Under the pieces are notes generated by a model, which had not been told where the DNA came from, did no database searches, and worked only from the letters and a program-made list of their open reading frames with translations. Of a DNA stretch of 50,192 bases, positions 20,759 to 31,303 are shown in pieces (positions within the stretch are counted from its first letter, which is position 1; every line of letters starts with the position of its first letter). The translations under genes were made by a program, and so were the position numbers. Origin of the DNA: an uncultured Methanosarcinaceae archaeon (GTDB lineage Archaea; Halobacteriota; Methanosarcinia; Methanosarcinales; Methanosarcinaceae); NCBI GenBank assembly GCA_963733675.1, contig CAVTET010000013.1, positions 1 to 50,192 on the forward strand, given 5' to 3'.

Positions 20759-21199
20759 ATGGCCAGACCTACAAAGCTCACTCAGGAAGTACAACAGAAG
20801 ATCGGTGATGGCGTATCCCTTGGATTAACGTACGCTCTTGCTGCTTCTGCAGCAGGTGTGACTTACCAGACGTTCAATCAATGGATGAAATTGGGAAGAG
20901 ATTCAACATCAGGCAAGTACTTTGAATTTTATAAACATATTGAACAACGGAATGCCGAAGGAGCTCTAAGAATATTACAAAAACTGAACGATGCTGCTAG
21001 AGCTGGAAACTGTCAAGTTTGTATGTTTATCTTGGAAAGACGTTTTAGTGAAGACTTTGGACGTCGGATATATAAGAAAACAAATATTGTTTCAGAGAAT
21101 CAGAATGTGAATGTTGATATAGCAATCAATGATGCAGATAGCATTAGGGCACAAATTCTAGCAAAGTTTGATCGGGTTGAAGAAAGTAATATTAACTAG
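20759..21199 (+). CDS. Terminase-small-subunit-like HTH protein (paralog)
   Basis: Homologous to 5697-6128 (MARPTKLT, ILERRF..DFGRR.YKKTNIVS). Confidence 0.55.
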   Translation: MARPTKLTQEVQQKIGDGVSLGLTYALAASAAGVTYQTFNQWMKLGRDSTSGKYFEFYKHIEQRNAEGALRILQKLNDAARAGNCQVCMFILERRFSEDFGRRIYKKTNIVSENQNVNVDIAINDADSIRAQILAKFDRVEESNIN

Positions 21200-21286
21200 T
21201 TAAGGTTTTTCATCCTAACTTAATACATTTTTGATAGAAAAGATTTTACTATTTATTCTTATCAATTGGTATAATTGTAGTCTAAC

Positions 21287-21688
21287 TTACCAAAATCTCC
21301 ACCATGGTTTTTTCTCGGTATATTCTGGTATCTGTTTCTGTTGACTAAGCAATGTCTGTATATGTACCGATTGAGCATGCATAGTTTCGGTTAATTCATG
21401 CATATTTTCATTTAGTTTTTCTATTTGAGTGTCCTTAACTTTTAGTTGTTCGTCCTTTCCTTTTGTTTGCTCATGTAGATCTTCAATTTGTCTCTGCAAA
21501 TCCTTTATTCGATCTTTCTGCAATGTGAGTGTATCTGATTTTATAGCTTTTCCTTCCGCGATTACGTCAGCTAAAAGCATCTCTAAGCCTTTTATAATGG
21601 CTTCTGTGAGTCCATATCCGTTTTCTTCCACCCTGTTATATAACTGTACAGGAATCCTTATGTTAATTCTCTTACTCGTTTCAGCCAT
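21287..21688 (-). CDS. RHH-like / coiled-coil protein ending KKPWWRFW (paralog)
   Basis: SKRINIRIP, TEAIIKGL shared with 6164-6502. Confidence 0.7.
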   Translation of the reverse strand: MAETSKRINIRIPVQLYNRVEENGYGLTEAIIKGLEMLLADVIAEGKAIKSDTLTLQKDRIKDLQRQIEDLHEQTKGKDEQLKVKDTQIEKLNENMHELTETMHAQSVHIQTLLSQQKQIPEYTEKKPWWRFW

Positions 21689-22218
21689 ATACAGCTAATA
21701 ACCTGTACAACTGTACATATATTTTGTGCTTTAGTACAATTATTGATATGAATTATCTTTTTAATCAATTTAAATATAATTATATATAGTTGTACAGCTT
21801 ATGTACAGGTAACTTATACAGATATTTATGATTTACAAAACAAATATATTCTCAAAAATAACTATGAGTGCCATAATCCACTGCTATTATATTCATAGCT
21901 ATGTACATACGCAAACTGTACAGTCATGCTCGACAGAGATTATAGGTATTCATGAAACCGAGAAATTCTTATTTCGATGCACAGTTTTTTGCGGCAAAAC
22001 CACTGTCTAATTAGCTTTCTTAACGAATTCCACATTAGGTTAGATTATTCCCATCAACGCTGAGAATAGAAGGCTACTTGCTAATATAGTCACTAGCATT
22101 AAAACAAAAAGTCCACTTAACATGCACAAAAGCATTATCAATTTAACTATTATAAAATATTATAATTATTATGTAATAATTAACTTAATGGAGATTCACA
22201 TTCATATGACAGTTTTTG

Positions 22219-22249
22219 ATACATCGTCTTTGTATGAAGACTTCCGCAT
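22219..22249. other. 12-7-12 palindromic site (degenerate)
   Basis: ATACATCGTCTT-TGTATGA-AGACTTCCGCAT; same spacer and downstream flank as 24128. Confidence 0.5.
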
Positions 22250-22568
22250 AAGCAAAAAGATAAATCCTATTTTTGTGGTGCAAGAAGAAGGACATAGAGT
22301 CAATCAGATTTAACAGAACTTTAAGCACAATGCTACGGAGAATATCTTTCTAATATGGTAATTTCATCCTAGGTAGTTGATACAGAACTAAATTTTCACG
22401 ATAATTGGAAATAATTATGGCTGCAAGAGATGAGCTGACACTACTTTGTAAAAACATAACATGAGATTTAAAACAACTTTATGAAAAAATAAACCAACAC
22501 CCATTAATTAGCCTATTTTTCATATTTGCAGTAGTATCATAAGAAAACCTTGTCAATCTCTGACTCCT

Positions 22569-22640
22569 GGAGCTATTGGAACTCTTGGAGCTTATGGAAC
22601 TCCTAGAACATCTGGAGCCCCTGGAACATTTTGAACTTAT
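22569..22640. repeat. 9-bp-period tandem repeat (x8)
   Basis: GGAGCTATT GGAACTCTT GGAGCTTAT GGAACTCCT AGAACATCT GGAGCCCCT GGAACATTT TGAACTTAT. Confidence 0.85.
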
Positions 22641-23062
22641 TAACCTACTTGTTTCCTGTTATCCAGTCTTCATTTATACCAATGAGTATTAAGATTATTA
22701 ATCTCAATACTTGTTTCTAGTTAGGAGATCCCCAACTACTCTGCTTTTTAAATATAAATTTTATTTTAATACTATATATAAATATTATTTCACAAATAAA
22801 AAAATAAATTGCACTTTCAAAATATAAATACTAACTAATATACAATAATTAATATATAGTAATGATCATTATAAATAATTATGAACTTATATAGTTAAAT
22901 CTAAAATCACATACAAGCCTCTCAATATTGATAAATGAGTAAACGATAAACAAACTTCGAAAGGACAATTGCAATTTTGTCAATAGTATGTTTTTAGATT
23001 TAACTGCGTAAGTCCTAACCAGATTAAAATTGTATCTAACTTAATAGAAAGGAGTGGAATAA

Positions 23063-23422
23063 ATGTCAAAACAATCATCCAGTAGAATGAAAATAGCACT
23101 GGCTAGTTTGCTGGTAGTTTTTTTCGTAGCAGCAGTTGCAGCTCCGGCATTAGGTGCTTATCAGACTCATAACAATTCCAGCAGTTCCAGTAGCACAGGA
23201 AACAAAGGACTGCAATCATTCAGCACAGAGCAATTAGCCAAACAACATTGTCCATCAGATACTGTTGTTTGGCTTAATCTTAACACAGGCGTTTATCATT
23301 TAAAAGGTGAACATTGGTACGGGAACACAAAGAATGGCGCCTATGTTTGTCAGAAAGAAGCAGATAAGGCAGGAAACCGAGCAACACGGGAACAGAGTAC
23401 TATTAAAAAAACTAAAGAATAG
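23063..23422 (+). CDS. Small secreted protein (shared-leader family) with two-Cys domain
   Basis: AAGGAGTGGAATAAATG RBS; leader MSKQSSSRMKIALASLLVVFFV; HCPSDTVVWLN...WYGNTKNGAYVC. Confidence 0.85.
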   Translation: MSKQSSSRMKIALASLLVVFFVAAVAAPALGAYQTHNNSSSSSSTGNKGLQSFSTEQLAKQHCPSDTVVWLNLNTGVYHLKGEHWYGNTKNGAYVCQKEADKAGNRATREQSTIKKTKE

Positions 23423-23559
23423 AGAGTTCAATGAATCTCAATTTTTGGTTGGGCTTTTATAAAGTCTACAATAAGCAACTTGTTAAACTCAGATGTTTAT
23501 CAAAATTATTCATCTTTTGATATATTACCAATTTGAACAATATAAAAGGAGAGAACTAA

Positions 23560-23883
23560 ATGTTGAAACAATCACCTGATAGAATGAAAAAAGTACTGGT
23601 TATTTTGCTGGTAGTCCTTTTTGTAGTATCTTTGACAGCAGTGACAGCTAGTGCTGCACGCCATGGCGGGGGCCATCGCGGCGGTGGACATCATGGCGGT
23701 GGACATCATGGCGGGGGACATCACGGCAGTGGACATCATGGCGGGGGACATCATGGCGGGGGACATCATGGCTGGGGCTGGGGAAATGATTATTCGCATC
23801 GTCATTGGTGGCATGGCCAGTACTACCCGAACTGTGACTGGATATTGAACCCATACACTAACCAGTGGGTATGGACCTGTTAA
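23560..23883 (+). CDS. Small secreted Gly/His-rich peptide (GGGHH-type x7)
   Basis: Shared leader ending TASA; 15-bp tandem coding repeat; C-terminal NCDWILNPYTNQWVWTC. Confidence 0.85.
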   Translation: MLKQSPDRMKKVLVILLVVLFVVSLTAVTASAARHGGGHRGGGHHGGGHHGGGHHGSGHHGGGHHGGGHHGWGWGNDYSHRHWWHGQYYPNCDWILNPYTNQWVWTC

Positions 23884-24127
23884 TGATAATAATAACAAAA
23901 ATTACATAAATTAAAAATTATAACCAAAATGCAGAGATGGATTTTACTGCTATTTAATCCTACACAGCATTGTACAAAAAAAGGACAACGGAGATTCAAT
24001 TAAAATAAAGATAGGATAAATAAAATTAAAATCCTTAACTTTTTTTATTTTAAGCGTGAGAGTATCAAAAGCAGAGTATTAAGCCATTCGTTATGCTAAC
24101 AAACTCATGTTTATATTGTTTTCATTG

Positions 24128-24158
24128 ATGTATAGGTTTTGTATGAAAACTTCTGCAT
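24128..24158. other. 12-7-12 palindromic site
   Basis: ATGTATAGGTTT-TGTATGA-AAACTTCTGCAT, between convergent genes. Confidence 0.6.
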
Positions 24159-24223
24159 CAGCAAAAAGATAAATTCTATTTTTTGTGGTGAAAGAAAAAG
24201 ATATCTTCCTTATGTAGGAATGT

Positions 24224-24991
24224 TTATTTTGGTTCACAATTGATTAGCGCAGCTCCCAATGCTCCCGTAATCTGCGGGTTGGGGGGAACGTAGAGTAATA
24301 TTCCCAACTCTTTTTCCAATGCTATCTTAATACCAACGTTTTTCGCTACACCGCCCACAAAAGCCACGTTTTGGTTTAATCCTGCTTGTCGGGCCATGAC
24401 AGCAACTCTTCTAGAAACGCTTTCGATGAGTTCTGCTGCGATATCTTCTTTCTTAAACCCTCTCGCTCTTAGTGATATAGCCTCGGACTCGGCGAAGACA
24501 GTACACATACTTGATATGCTAGCTGGTTCTTTTGAGCTTAGTGCCAAGAGACCAAATTCCTCTATAGGCACTTCAAGAGCTCTTGCGGTGTACTCTAAGA
24601 ATTTACCTGTGCCAGCTGCGCACTTATCGTTCATTAAAAAATCGGTTACTTTACCATCATTCACTGAGATAACCTTACTATCCTGACCTCCGATGTCGAT
24701 AATCCCGTTAACATCTGGGTATAGGTAATAAACGCCCATAGCATGAGCGGTAATCTCACTAATTGTTCCATCGGCAAATTTTATGCTGTTCCTGCCATAT
24801 CCCGTTGCAGACACTATATTTATATCTTCTTCGGCAATTCCAGAATTGGCAAGCACATTTTTGTACGCTTTCTCTGAAGCTGCTAAAAAATTGAAGGCTG
24901 TTGGTAATATAACTTGGGCAACAATATGATTGCAGTTAATAAGGACTGCTTTCGTGGTGGCCGAGCCAGAATCGATTCCTACTGAGATCAT
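24224..24991 (-). CDS. Acyl-CoA dehydratase activase (HgdC/BadF-BadG-like ASKHA Fe-S ATPase)
   Basis: GIDSGSATTK, ATGYGR, DIGGQDSK, MNDKCAAGTG, SMCTVFAESE. Confidence 0.95.
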   Translation of the reverse strand: MISVGIDSGSATTKAVLINCNHIVAQVILPTAFNFLAASEKAYKNVLANSGIAEEDINIVSATGYGRNSIKFADGTISEITAHAMGVYYLYPDVNGIIDIGGQDSKVISVNDGKVTDFLMNDKCAAGTGKFLEYTARALEVPIEEFGLLALSSKEPASISSMCTVFAESEAISLRARGFKKEDIAAELIESVSRRVAVMARQAGLNQNVAFVGGVAKNVGIKIALEKELGILLYVPPNPQITGALGAALINCEPK

Positions 24992-26133
24992 GATAGCATT
25001 TCCATGAAAGCATCTACACGAAGTCCTATCTGCTCGATATCAGAGTCGCTGTAGTCATTTTCGATTGCGAGCACAGGTATTCCTTTTTTCTTCAGCGCCT
25101 GCTGTACTTCATATTTCTCAATATTGTAGCCATGGCAGAATTGCAAGGTATAGTACACTACACCATCGACTTTAAACTCTCTCGCAAGTTCCAAGATGTT
25201 ATCGATGCGCCGGTTATTTGGACTCATACAGGAACAGGGTATTTTGATGTAGCGTTCTGCCAAAGCCAGCATTGGATCCTTATTTTCATCTACTAGATCC
25301 CAGAATGATCTTGTACCCGTACAACTTTCTTCCGCAACGATTACTCCACCCTTACTTTCGATGATTTCCGGCACTTTTGTGTTGCCACCTGGCATCGGAC
25401 AGCCGGAAATCATTATCCTGGGCTTGTGCACCCAGTCAACCTTGACTTGCTCTACTTCCCTAATAAGCATGCGAAGGGTTTTCTTTAATTGATCCGGAGA
25501 TAGGAAATACTGCTTTTGCATGACCTTCAACACATCGACACCATTGATGGATGGGGGATCCATTTTTCTTAAGTCATAGAGCCTGTGAAGCAACTGTCTA
25601 GTCTCGTTTAAGGACGTTATTTCCTTCTTTAATTGTTCAACGGTGACCTTATTGCCTGTAAACTGTTCCATGGCGCCTTTAAATTTATCAAGCTCTCTCA
25701 AAAAATAATTTAAGGCATCTGAGCTGTCGGGTCTTTGCGGGAGGTCGATCACATAGGTTGAAACATAATCCTCCAATAACTCGTACATTTTTTTCTTACT
25801 ATCGCAGGTATTTTCGGCGACGATTATGTCTATCATGCCGAAGTGAGAGCAGGACTTTACACCCGTACAACTGTTATTAACAATTGAACCAAAAGAAGAC
25901 TTGACAAGCGGGCAGATATTCCTAGGTAAATATTGTTCAGCTATTGACACGGTGTTATTCTTACCACCACAGAGTATCATACGGTCAGCGCCTGCTGCAA
26001 AAATAATTTCGTCAGGCACGAACAAGCAAAAAGTACCGACTATTTTCTTTCCAGTTTTCCTTTCCTCAGCTATCTGAAAAATTCGTGCTTTATATGAGTT
26101 TTTAATATAGTCAAGACTGCTTAATTGTTTCAT
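24988..26133 (-). CDS. 2-hydroxyacyl-CoA dehydratase family / double-cubane-cluster-type protein
   Basis: GTFCLFVP, LPRNICP, TCDSKKK, ESCTG, PCSC, FCH; overlaps the activase start (ATGA). Confidence 0.9.
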   Translation of the reverse strand: MKQLSSLDYIKNSYKARIFQIAEERKTGKKIVGTFCLFVPDEIIFAAGADRMILCGGKNNTVSIAEQYLPRNICPLVKSSFGSIVNNSCTGVKSCSHFGMIDIIVAENTCDSKKKMYELLEDYVSTYVIDLPQRPDSSDALNYFLRELDKFKGAMEQFTGNKVTVEQLKKEITSLNETRQLLHRLYDLRKMDPPSINGVDVLKVMQKQYFLSPDQLKKTLRMLIREVEQVKVDWVHKPRIMISGCPMPGGNTKVPEIIESKGGVIVAEESCTGTRSFWDLVDENKDPMLALAERYIKIPCSCMSPNNRRIDNILELAREFKVDGVVYYTLQFCHGYNIEKYEVQQALKKKGIPVLAIENDYSDSDIEQIGLRVDAFMEMLS

Positions 26134-26444
26134 TTTCTCTACAAATCATTCGTGATGACTTTATTAAAGCGTATTCTATTCCTGCAAAATAATTTCGATT
26201 TTCTGCAGCTCTTCGGAAGTTTCAGATATCGAAAAATACTTAAAGTTCACTTATCCGTTTACCTAAATAGCTATGTTTTAGGGCAAAAAAGTAGCTATTT
26301 GATTGTGTTTTTATCGTTACGCTTGGCTCTCATACAGGCTAACAAAACGACAACCGCAAAAAGCTATTAATTTATTGCATGGAAGTATTATATGCAGAAC
26401 AAACGATGGTTGATATTTGTAAAAAACGTAACGGAGAATGTTTT

Positions 26445-26777
26445 ATGAAAGTTGGCTTAATCAGATGTATTCAAACAGAAGATATGTGTCCTGCTACTGC
26501 TTGTTTAAAGGTGATGAAAGAAAAGAAACTGGCTTTTGATGGAATTACAGAAGACATTGAAGTAATAGGTATCAATACTTGTGGTGGTTGCCCAGGTAAA
26601 AAAGCTATAACAAGAGCGGTAGAAATGGTAAAACGGGGATCTGACACAATTGTATTGGCTTCTTGTATATTTAAGGGCACTCCTATAGGTTTCCCATGTC
26701 CTCATGCACAAGCAATGAAAGACTCTATCGTTAAAAAACTTGGCAATAAAGTAAAAATTATTGATTACACACACTAA
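26445..26777 (+). CDS. CGGC-domain protein
   Basis: MKVGLIRC...CPATAC...TCGGCPG...LASC...CPH. Confidence 0.9.
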   Translation: MKVGLIRCIQTEDMCPATACLKVMKEKKLAFDGITEDIEVIGINTCGGCPGKKAITRAVEMVKRGSDTIVLASCIFKGTPIGFPCPHAQAMKDSIVKKLGNKVKIIDYTH

Positions 26778-26852
26778 TTTTGCCAGTGTATCAAAAATTC
26801 TATAAAATATAGTTGATTCTGTATCTTTTTCTTCCCAATGATAAACAAAGAT

Positions 26853-27040
26853 TGTTTAGTCTGTTAGCAAAACGAGTTAAATAGTTAGGGAAAAATAGAT
26901 TAAAAGTATCCGATTGATCATCTCACTAACTACACAAACAACATTTTATAATTGTTAATTTCATGTTGATAGGTGTTAACTCCATGTGTAATTTAAAATT
27001 ATTTGTCACCTAATTTTCTAGGGCAATAACGATATTCTTT
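26853..27040 (-). repeat. Dispersed intergenic repeat, family 3
   Basis: Diverged inverted copy of 38531-38716. Confidence 0.75.
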
Positions 27041-27399
27041 AAGGTTATCAATATTGCCCTATTTTGTTATTCTTGAGCAATTATTATTTTGTCCTTTTTT
27101 TAAATTAATGAAAAGCCAATATCTTTACGGACAAATGTCTTTTTCTTATTTTCCCATTGATGTATGGGGTTTAGTGTTATATGTTCGAAGCATGAACTTT
27201 CCCTTAATATTTTATTCGTTAGTACCCACACCCACAAACTGAAAAGTATAGCAAGACGTAGATGTATTTAATTTTTAGTAAATCAGTTTTTTTCAGTCCA
27301 ATTTATTTTTATGGTTACAAGCAGATACTAAATGTCTTTTCCTTCTCACGCTTTAATTAGTCAGTGATTGAGATTGCTGACAAAGCAATTTGTTTACTT

Positions 27400-27714
27400 T
27401 TACCAACCTTGCTCGGCTATGACGGCCTTGGGAAGATATGCGGTGGCTTCATTCCAGTAGCATCCATAAGGTCCGCAGACTACCTCGCTATCCCCACTAT
27501 CTCCATAAGGTGCAGGTGGGTAAAATCCGAACCCAGGTCCTCCCCAGCCACCATTACCATAACTGCCATGACCATGATCACCATGACCACTGTAACCACG
27601 ATCATCAGAACCAGAAGCTGCGCTCGCTGACACTGTTAGCAATGGCACTATTGCAAAGACTAACATGAGAATGCCAAGTATTGTTTTCATTCTATCAAAT
27701 TTTTGTTTCCCCAT
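27400..27714 (-). CDS. Small secreted Gly/His/Tyr-rich peptide (shared-leader family)
   Basis: AGGAGTG RBS; leader MGKQKFDRMKTILGILML...SASA; GHGDHGHG, CGPYGC. Confidence 0.8.
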   Translation of the reverse strand: MGKQKFDRMKTILGILMLVFAIVPLLTVSASAASGSDDRGYSGHGDHGHGSYGNGGWGGPGFGFYPPAPYGDSGDSEVVCGPYGCYWNEATAYLPKAVIAEQGW

Positions 27715-28443
27715 CTTTGTATAACACTCCTAAATTATTTTCACTTTGTATTATTTTTGGAAAGCTGTTATTTTTTCCATTTTATTCCCAATCCCAAATC
27801 GTTGGTAAAAATCGTTGCGATTTTAAATAACCTAGTTTAAAAAAATAAATGGAAACATGTTAGTATATGATTATACTTCATTATTTGAAGAATCGTGTAT
27901 GTATACATCCTTTTATTAGACTATATTTAGTTTATGATTTATAATATATGATGAATAATAACTCAGAAACTAAGGTAAATTGAAATAATGATTGATTCAA
28001 AATAAAACAAGTAATATGAGTTTTAAGCCTAATAACATAAAATATGAAGAAAATAATGAAAAATGTTAAATATGAAGTTGTTATACATTCATATATCTAT
28101 CCAAAAAATATCAAAAATACGAGAATCTGAAGTCATTCATTGAACCTGTGGTAGTGATGGAATTCCATATCTATAGTTCAGGCAGCTGGAAATTTCAGGT
28201 TTCTAAAAACAAAATACCAAATTTTATAGAAGGATTTTATCACTCCATCCTTCTAATCTACTCTTTTTCAAATTGGCAGAATATCAAACTTACTCTATTC
28301 ATGATATATCCAGTCTTCGTGCATGCAGCAAATCTAAACATTAAATCAAGTAAGTGAGTCTTTTTAGGCTCAACTTATCTCATTTTCATCCCAAAAAAAG
28401 AATTCAAAATTGGACCATAATGATCCAAAACGCAATTAATTTT

Positions 28444-28767
28444 TTAGTGTCTAGTTGCCTTCTTTCCAATAAAATATAAAAAGCCGCCACTAACTATTAC
28501 ACCGATTACTGCAGACAAAATGTATCCTACAGACGATACCAGCTTCGAATCCTTAAAAGAAGGAGTGGGGGGGATGTTATAATCCTGCAGTGGTGCATGC
28601 CATAAATCAGAGAGCTCTTCCAACCCATGTGGCACAAACCCGATACGGTCCTTAAGCTCATCTGGTGCCCATTCACCATATGCAGTGCCTGCCGCAAGCA
28701 GACCTAAAGGCGCAAATATGATCAAGAATATCAAGCCAATAGATAAGTTTCTTATCATCTTATCCAC
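28444..28767 (-). CDS. PDGLE-domain membrane protein (CbiN/NikN-like ECF accessory subunit)
   Basis: Two TM helices, YGEW, PHGLE, WHAPLQDY; directly downstream of cbiM. Confidence 0.8.
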   Translation of the reverse strand: MDKMIRNLSIGLIFLIIFAPLGLLAAGTAYGEWAPDELKDRIGFVPHGLEELSDLWHAPLQDYNIPPTPSFKDSKLVSSVGYILSAVIGVIVSGGFLYFIGKKATRH

Positions 28768-28776
28768 ATTCTCACC

Positions 28777-29502
28777 TCAAATTGTGACTCCATTCATTAT
28801 TTCTGTTCTGTTAATTTCCGCTTCAGATTTTTCTCCATAAAATACAGATGTATCTGTTCTCTGGATATAAGCAAAAATAATTGCTGTAATCAGTGCTTCA
28901 AGAATGCTGAATGCCAAAGCGTGTTCAAGTACCATGGCAGGAACAGTTACACTCCAAGTATATGGCATATAAAGTGGGACTCCTTCAGCAGTGTGTTCCA
29001 AAATTGGCTGTAGCCCTAATTCAAAACCCGTACATAACGCTGCCACGGTCAGAGAAATCCAGCCAGCGATGGCCGCAGCAATAACCCTTTTAGAAGCTGT
29101 AATCTCTGAATTTCCGCTAATAAGCTTATAGGCGTAGTAAGCGACAAAGGGTACTACAACTCCCATATTAAAACAGTTAGTGGCTATGGCTGTTATTCCA
29201 CCATCACCAAAAATCATTGCTTGTAATACCAAAGTTACAGATATCGCTATAATTGCTGCCCAGGGCCCTATGACTATGGCAATAATTCCACCGCCTATAG
29301 CATGGCCTGTACTGCCACCTGGAACAGGGATATTGAACATCATTATTACAAATGAGAATGCAGCTGATAGTGCTAGCAGTGGTACCTGTTTGGATTTGAG
29401 CTCTGTGCTTAGTTTCTGTCCCGCATAATACCATATCGGGATCATGATGATCCAAAACGCAATATATGTATGCGGCCCTAAATATCCATCTGGGATGTGC
29501 AT
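28777..29502 (-). CDS. cbiM: Co/Ni ECF transporter S component CbiM/NikM
   Basis: N-terminal MHIPDGYL, PGGSTGH, FGDGGITA. Confidence 0.92.
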   Translation of the reverse strand: MHIPDGYLGPHTYIAFWIIMIPIWYYAGQKLSTELKSKQVPLLALSAAFSFVIMMFNIPVPGGSTGHAIGGGIIAIVIGPWAAIIAISVTLVLQAMIFGDGGITAIATNCFNMGVVVPFVAYYAYKLISGNSEITASKRVIAAAIAGWISLTVAALCTGFELGLQPILEHTAEGVPLYMPYTWSVTVPAMVLEHALAFSILEALITAIIFAYIQRTDTSVFYGEKSEAEINRTEIMNGVTI

Positions 29503-29999
29503 TTTATCTATTCCCCTAACTAATTTCCTATAGTTCTGAGCTGAAATCTTTATTCTGACCGAGTATTAGTTTAACTTCATAAGTTTGTCCAGTATTACAT
29601 ATATATATATTTATATTACTTTTTCGGACAATTTTTAATTTTATTCATAAGTACAGCTTTATTCCTATCTTGCATAGATCCAAGAGAAGCATTGTAATTT
29701 TAATATTTCCCGAAATCTTTTCTGGCATAGCATCTGTAAAATATCAAAATTATTGGGTCTTCAATTTAATTGATTTGACGAATAATTGTTCAATCAGTAA
29801 CATGTCTAAATTCTTTTTTTGTAGTAAATAACACAATTTTTTACTTTAATAGCATAAAATGTAATTAAATAAAAGAAAAATATTAAATATAAGTTTATCA
29901 TATAGCCATATGAAAGTAAAAATAAACCTCCGATCTCAACAAATTGTTTTATAGCCAGATTAAGATTGTATCAAATCTAAAAAGAAAGGAATGAGTTGA

Positions 30000-30329
30000 A
30001 TGTTGAAACAAAAACTTAGTAGATTAAAAAGGATACTGGCCATTTTGTTGGCAGTATTTTTTGTATTATCTGTGACAACAGTGGCAGCTAGTGCACACGG
30101 CGACGGTCGCTGGGGCTGGGGTGGACCCCGGTGGGGCTCTGGTCCGGGTTGTATGTGGGTGGGTGGTAATAATTGGCTTTGCCCTGCATACTCGGGAATG
30201 CCATATACCATTCAAACTACAGCACCTGCAGAGCCCGCAAAAGCTCCAGATCCGAGTCCAAATCTTGCAGGAGCAACTCTATTTCCAGAAACAGCATCAA
30301 AAGATTCAGAAACAAAACCAGCTACATAA
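30000..30329 (+). CDS. Small secreted Gly/Trp-rich peptide with Pro/Ala tail (shared-leader family)
   Basis: Leader MLKQKLSRLKRILAILLAVFFVLSVTTVAASA; CMWVGGNNWLC. Confidence 0.85.
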   Translation: MLKQKLSRLKRILAILLAVFFVLSVTTVAASAHGDGRWGWGGPRWGSGPGCMWVGGNNWLCPAYSGMPYTIQTTAPAEPAKAPDPSPNLAGATLFPETASKDSETKPAT

Positions 30330-30694
30330 ACACTAGCATATCCAAACTCATCTCATCTCCAAGCTCACAGACTTCTGAAAATGTGGGAACATCTTCACTT
30401 CTCAAGTAAATTAATTTAGTCAATATAAATAAAGTTCCAAAATAACTTTACTTTTTGTTTTTCTCTAAAAAACTATCCAAAAAGTCAATAATAACATGTT
30501 GTAAAAAGTTACCACATATCTTCGATTAAATGCTGAATAATGGTCATGTCACGGTCATGTCACGGAACGAAAAAAAATGGATGAGAATGATGGTAAACCA
30601 GATACTTTAACAGCAGCATTATATCTGATTATTTTTATAACATGCGGATATTTTATAATAAGGTATTTTATAATATCTTAAACATTTTACGCTT

Positions 30695-30725
30695 ATGCGC
30701 AGTTTTAGTATCTAAACATATGCAT
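30695..30725. other. 12-7-12 palindromic site
   Basis: ATGCGCAGTTTT-AGTATCT-AAACATATGCAT. Confidence 0.6.
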
Positions 30726-31036
30726 AAATGAAAGCAACAAAAAATGAAACTTTGGAAGCAAAACTATTGGCTCAGCATCCGACTTTTTAATAAAACAATA
30801 TTAATATCAATTTATTGTTCAATGTTAAAATATCTAATGGGAGAATAAGTTTTATTCAGAAACTATTTTTTTATAATTAATTTAAAATAACTACAAACTC
30901 AGTAAGAAATGTAGTTCATTAAAATTTGTTTGTGTACTAGAATGGATATCAACCAACTAATTTTTGGTAGTTTGAATAGTTACCAAAAACAAATTTCAAT
31001 ATAATTTTTGATTTTAGCCATAAAGGAGTGAACTAA

Positions 31037-31303
31037 ATGTTGAAACAATCGTCTAGTAGAATAAAAAGGGTACTGGCTATTTTGCTGATAGTTATTTTTG
31101 TAGTATTAGTGACAGTTGCGACAGTAAGTGCAGCGAAGCAGGTAAAAAAAGGGAACACAGCTGTGGTAAAAAAAGGGAACACAACTGTAGTAAAAACAGG
31201 TGGCCACCACCGTCCACGTGCCCACTACTATCATGGCCATTACTATCCTAACCGTGACTGAGTATGGGGCCCCCACCAGCAACAATGGATATGGAGCTGT
31301 TAA
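31037..31303 (+). pseudogene. Secreted peptide (shared-leader family) with premature TGA at 31259-31261
   Basis: HGHYYPNRD*VWGPHQQQWIWSC aligns with the 23560 C-terminus (TGG>TGA). Confidence 0.75.

Noticed and set aside
23661-23772. 15-bp tandem repeat and the overlapping antisense/alternative-frame ORFs
   Set aside because: Explained by the GGGHH coding repeat; the other ORFs are shadows.
29560-29620. NikR operator or cobalamin riboswitch upstream of cbiM
   Set aside because: GTATTA half-sites are direct rather than palindromic, and no B12-box was seen.
30542-30565. GGTCATGTCAC tandem duplication
   Set aside because: Single 11-bp duplication, probably slippage.
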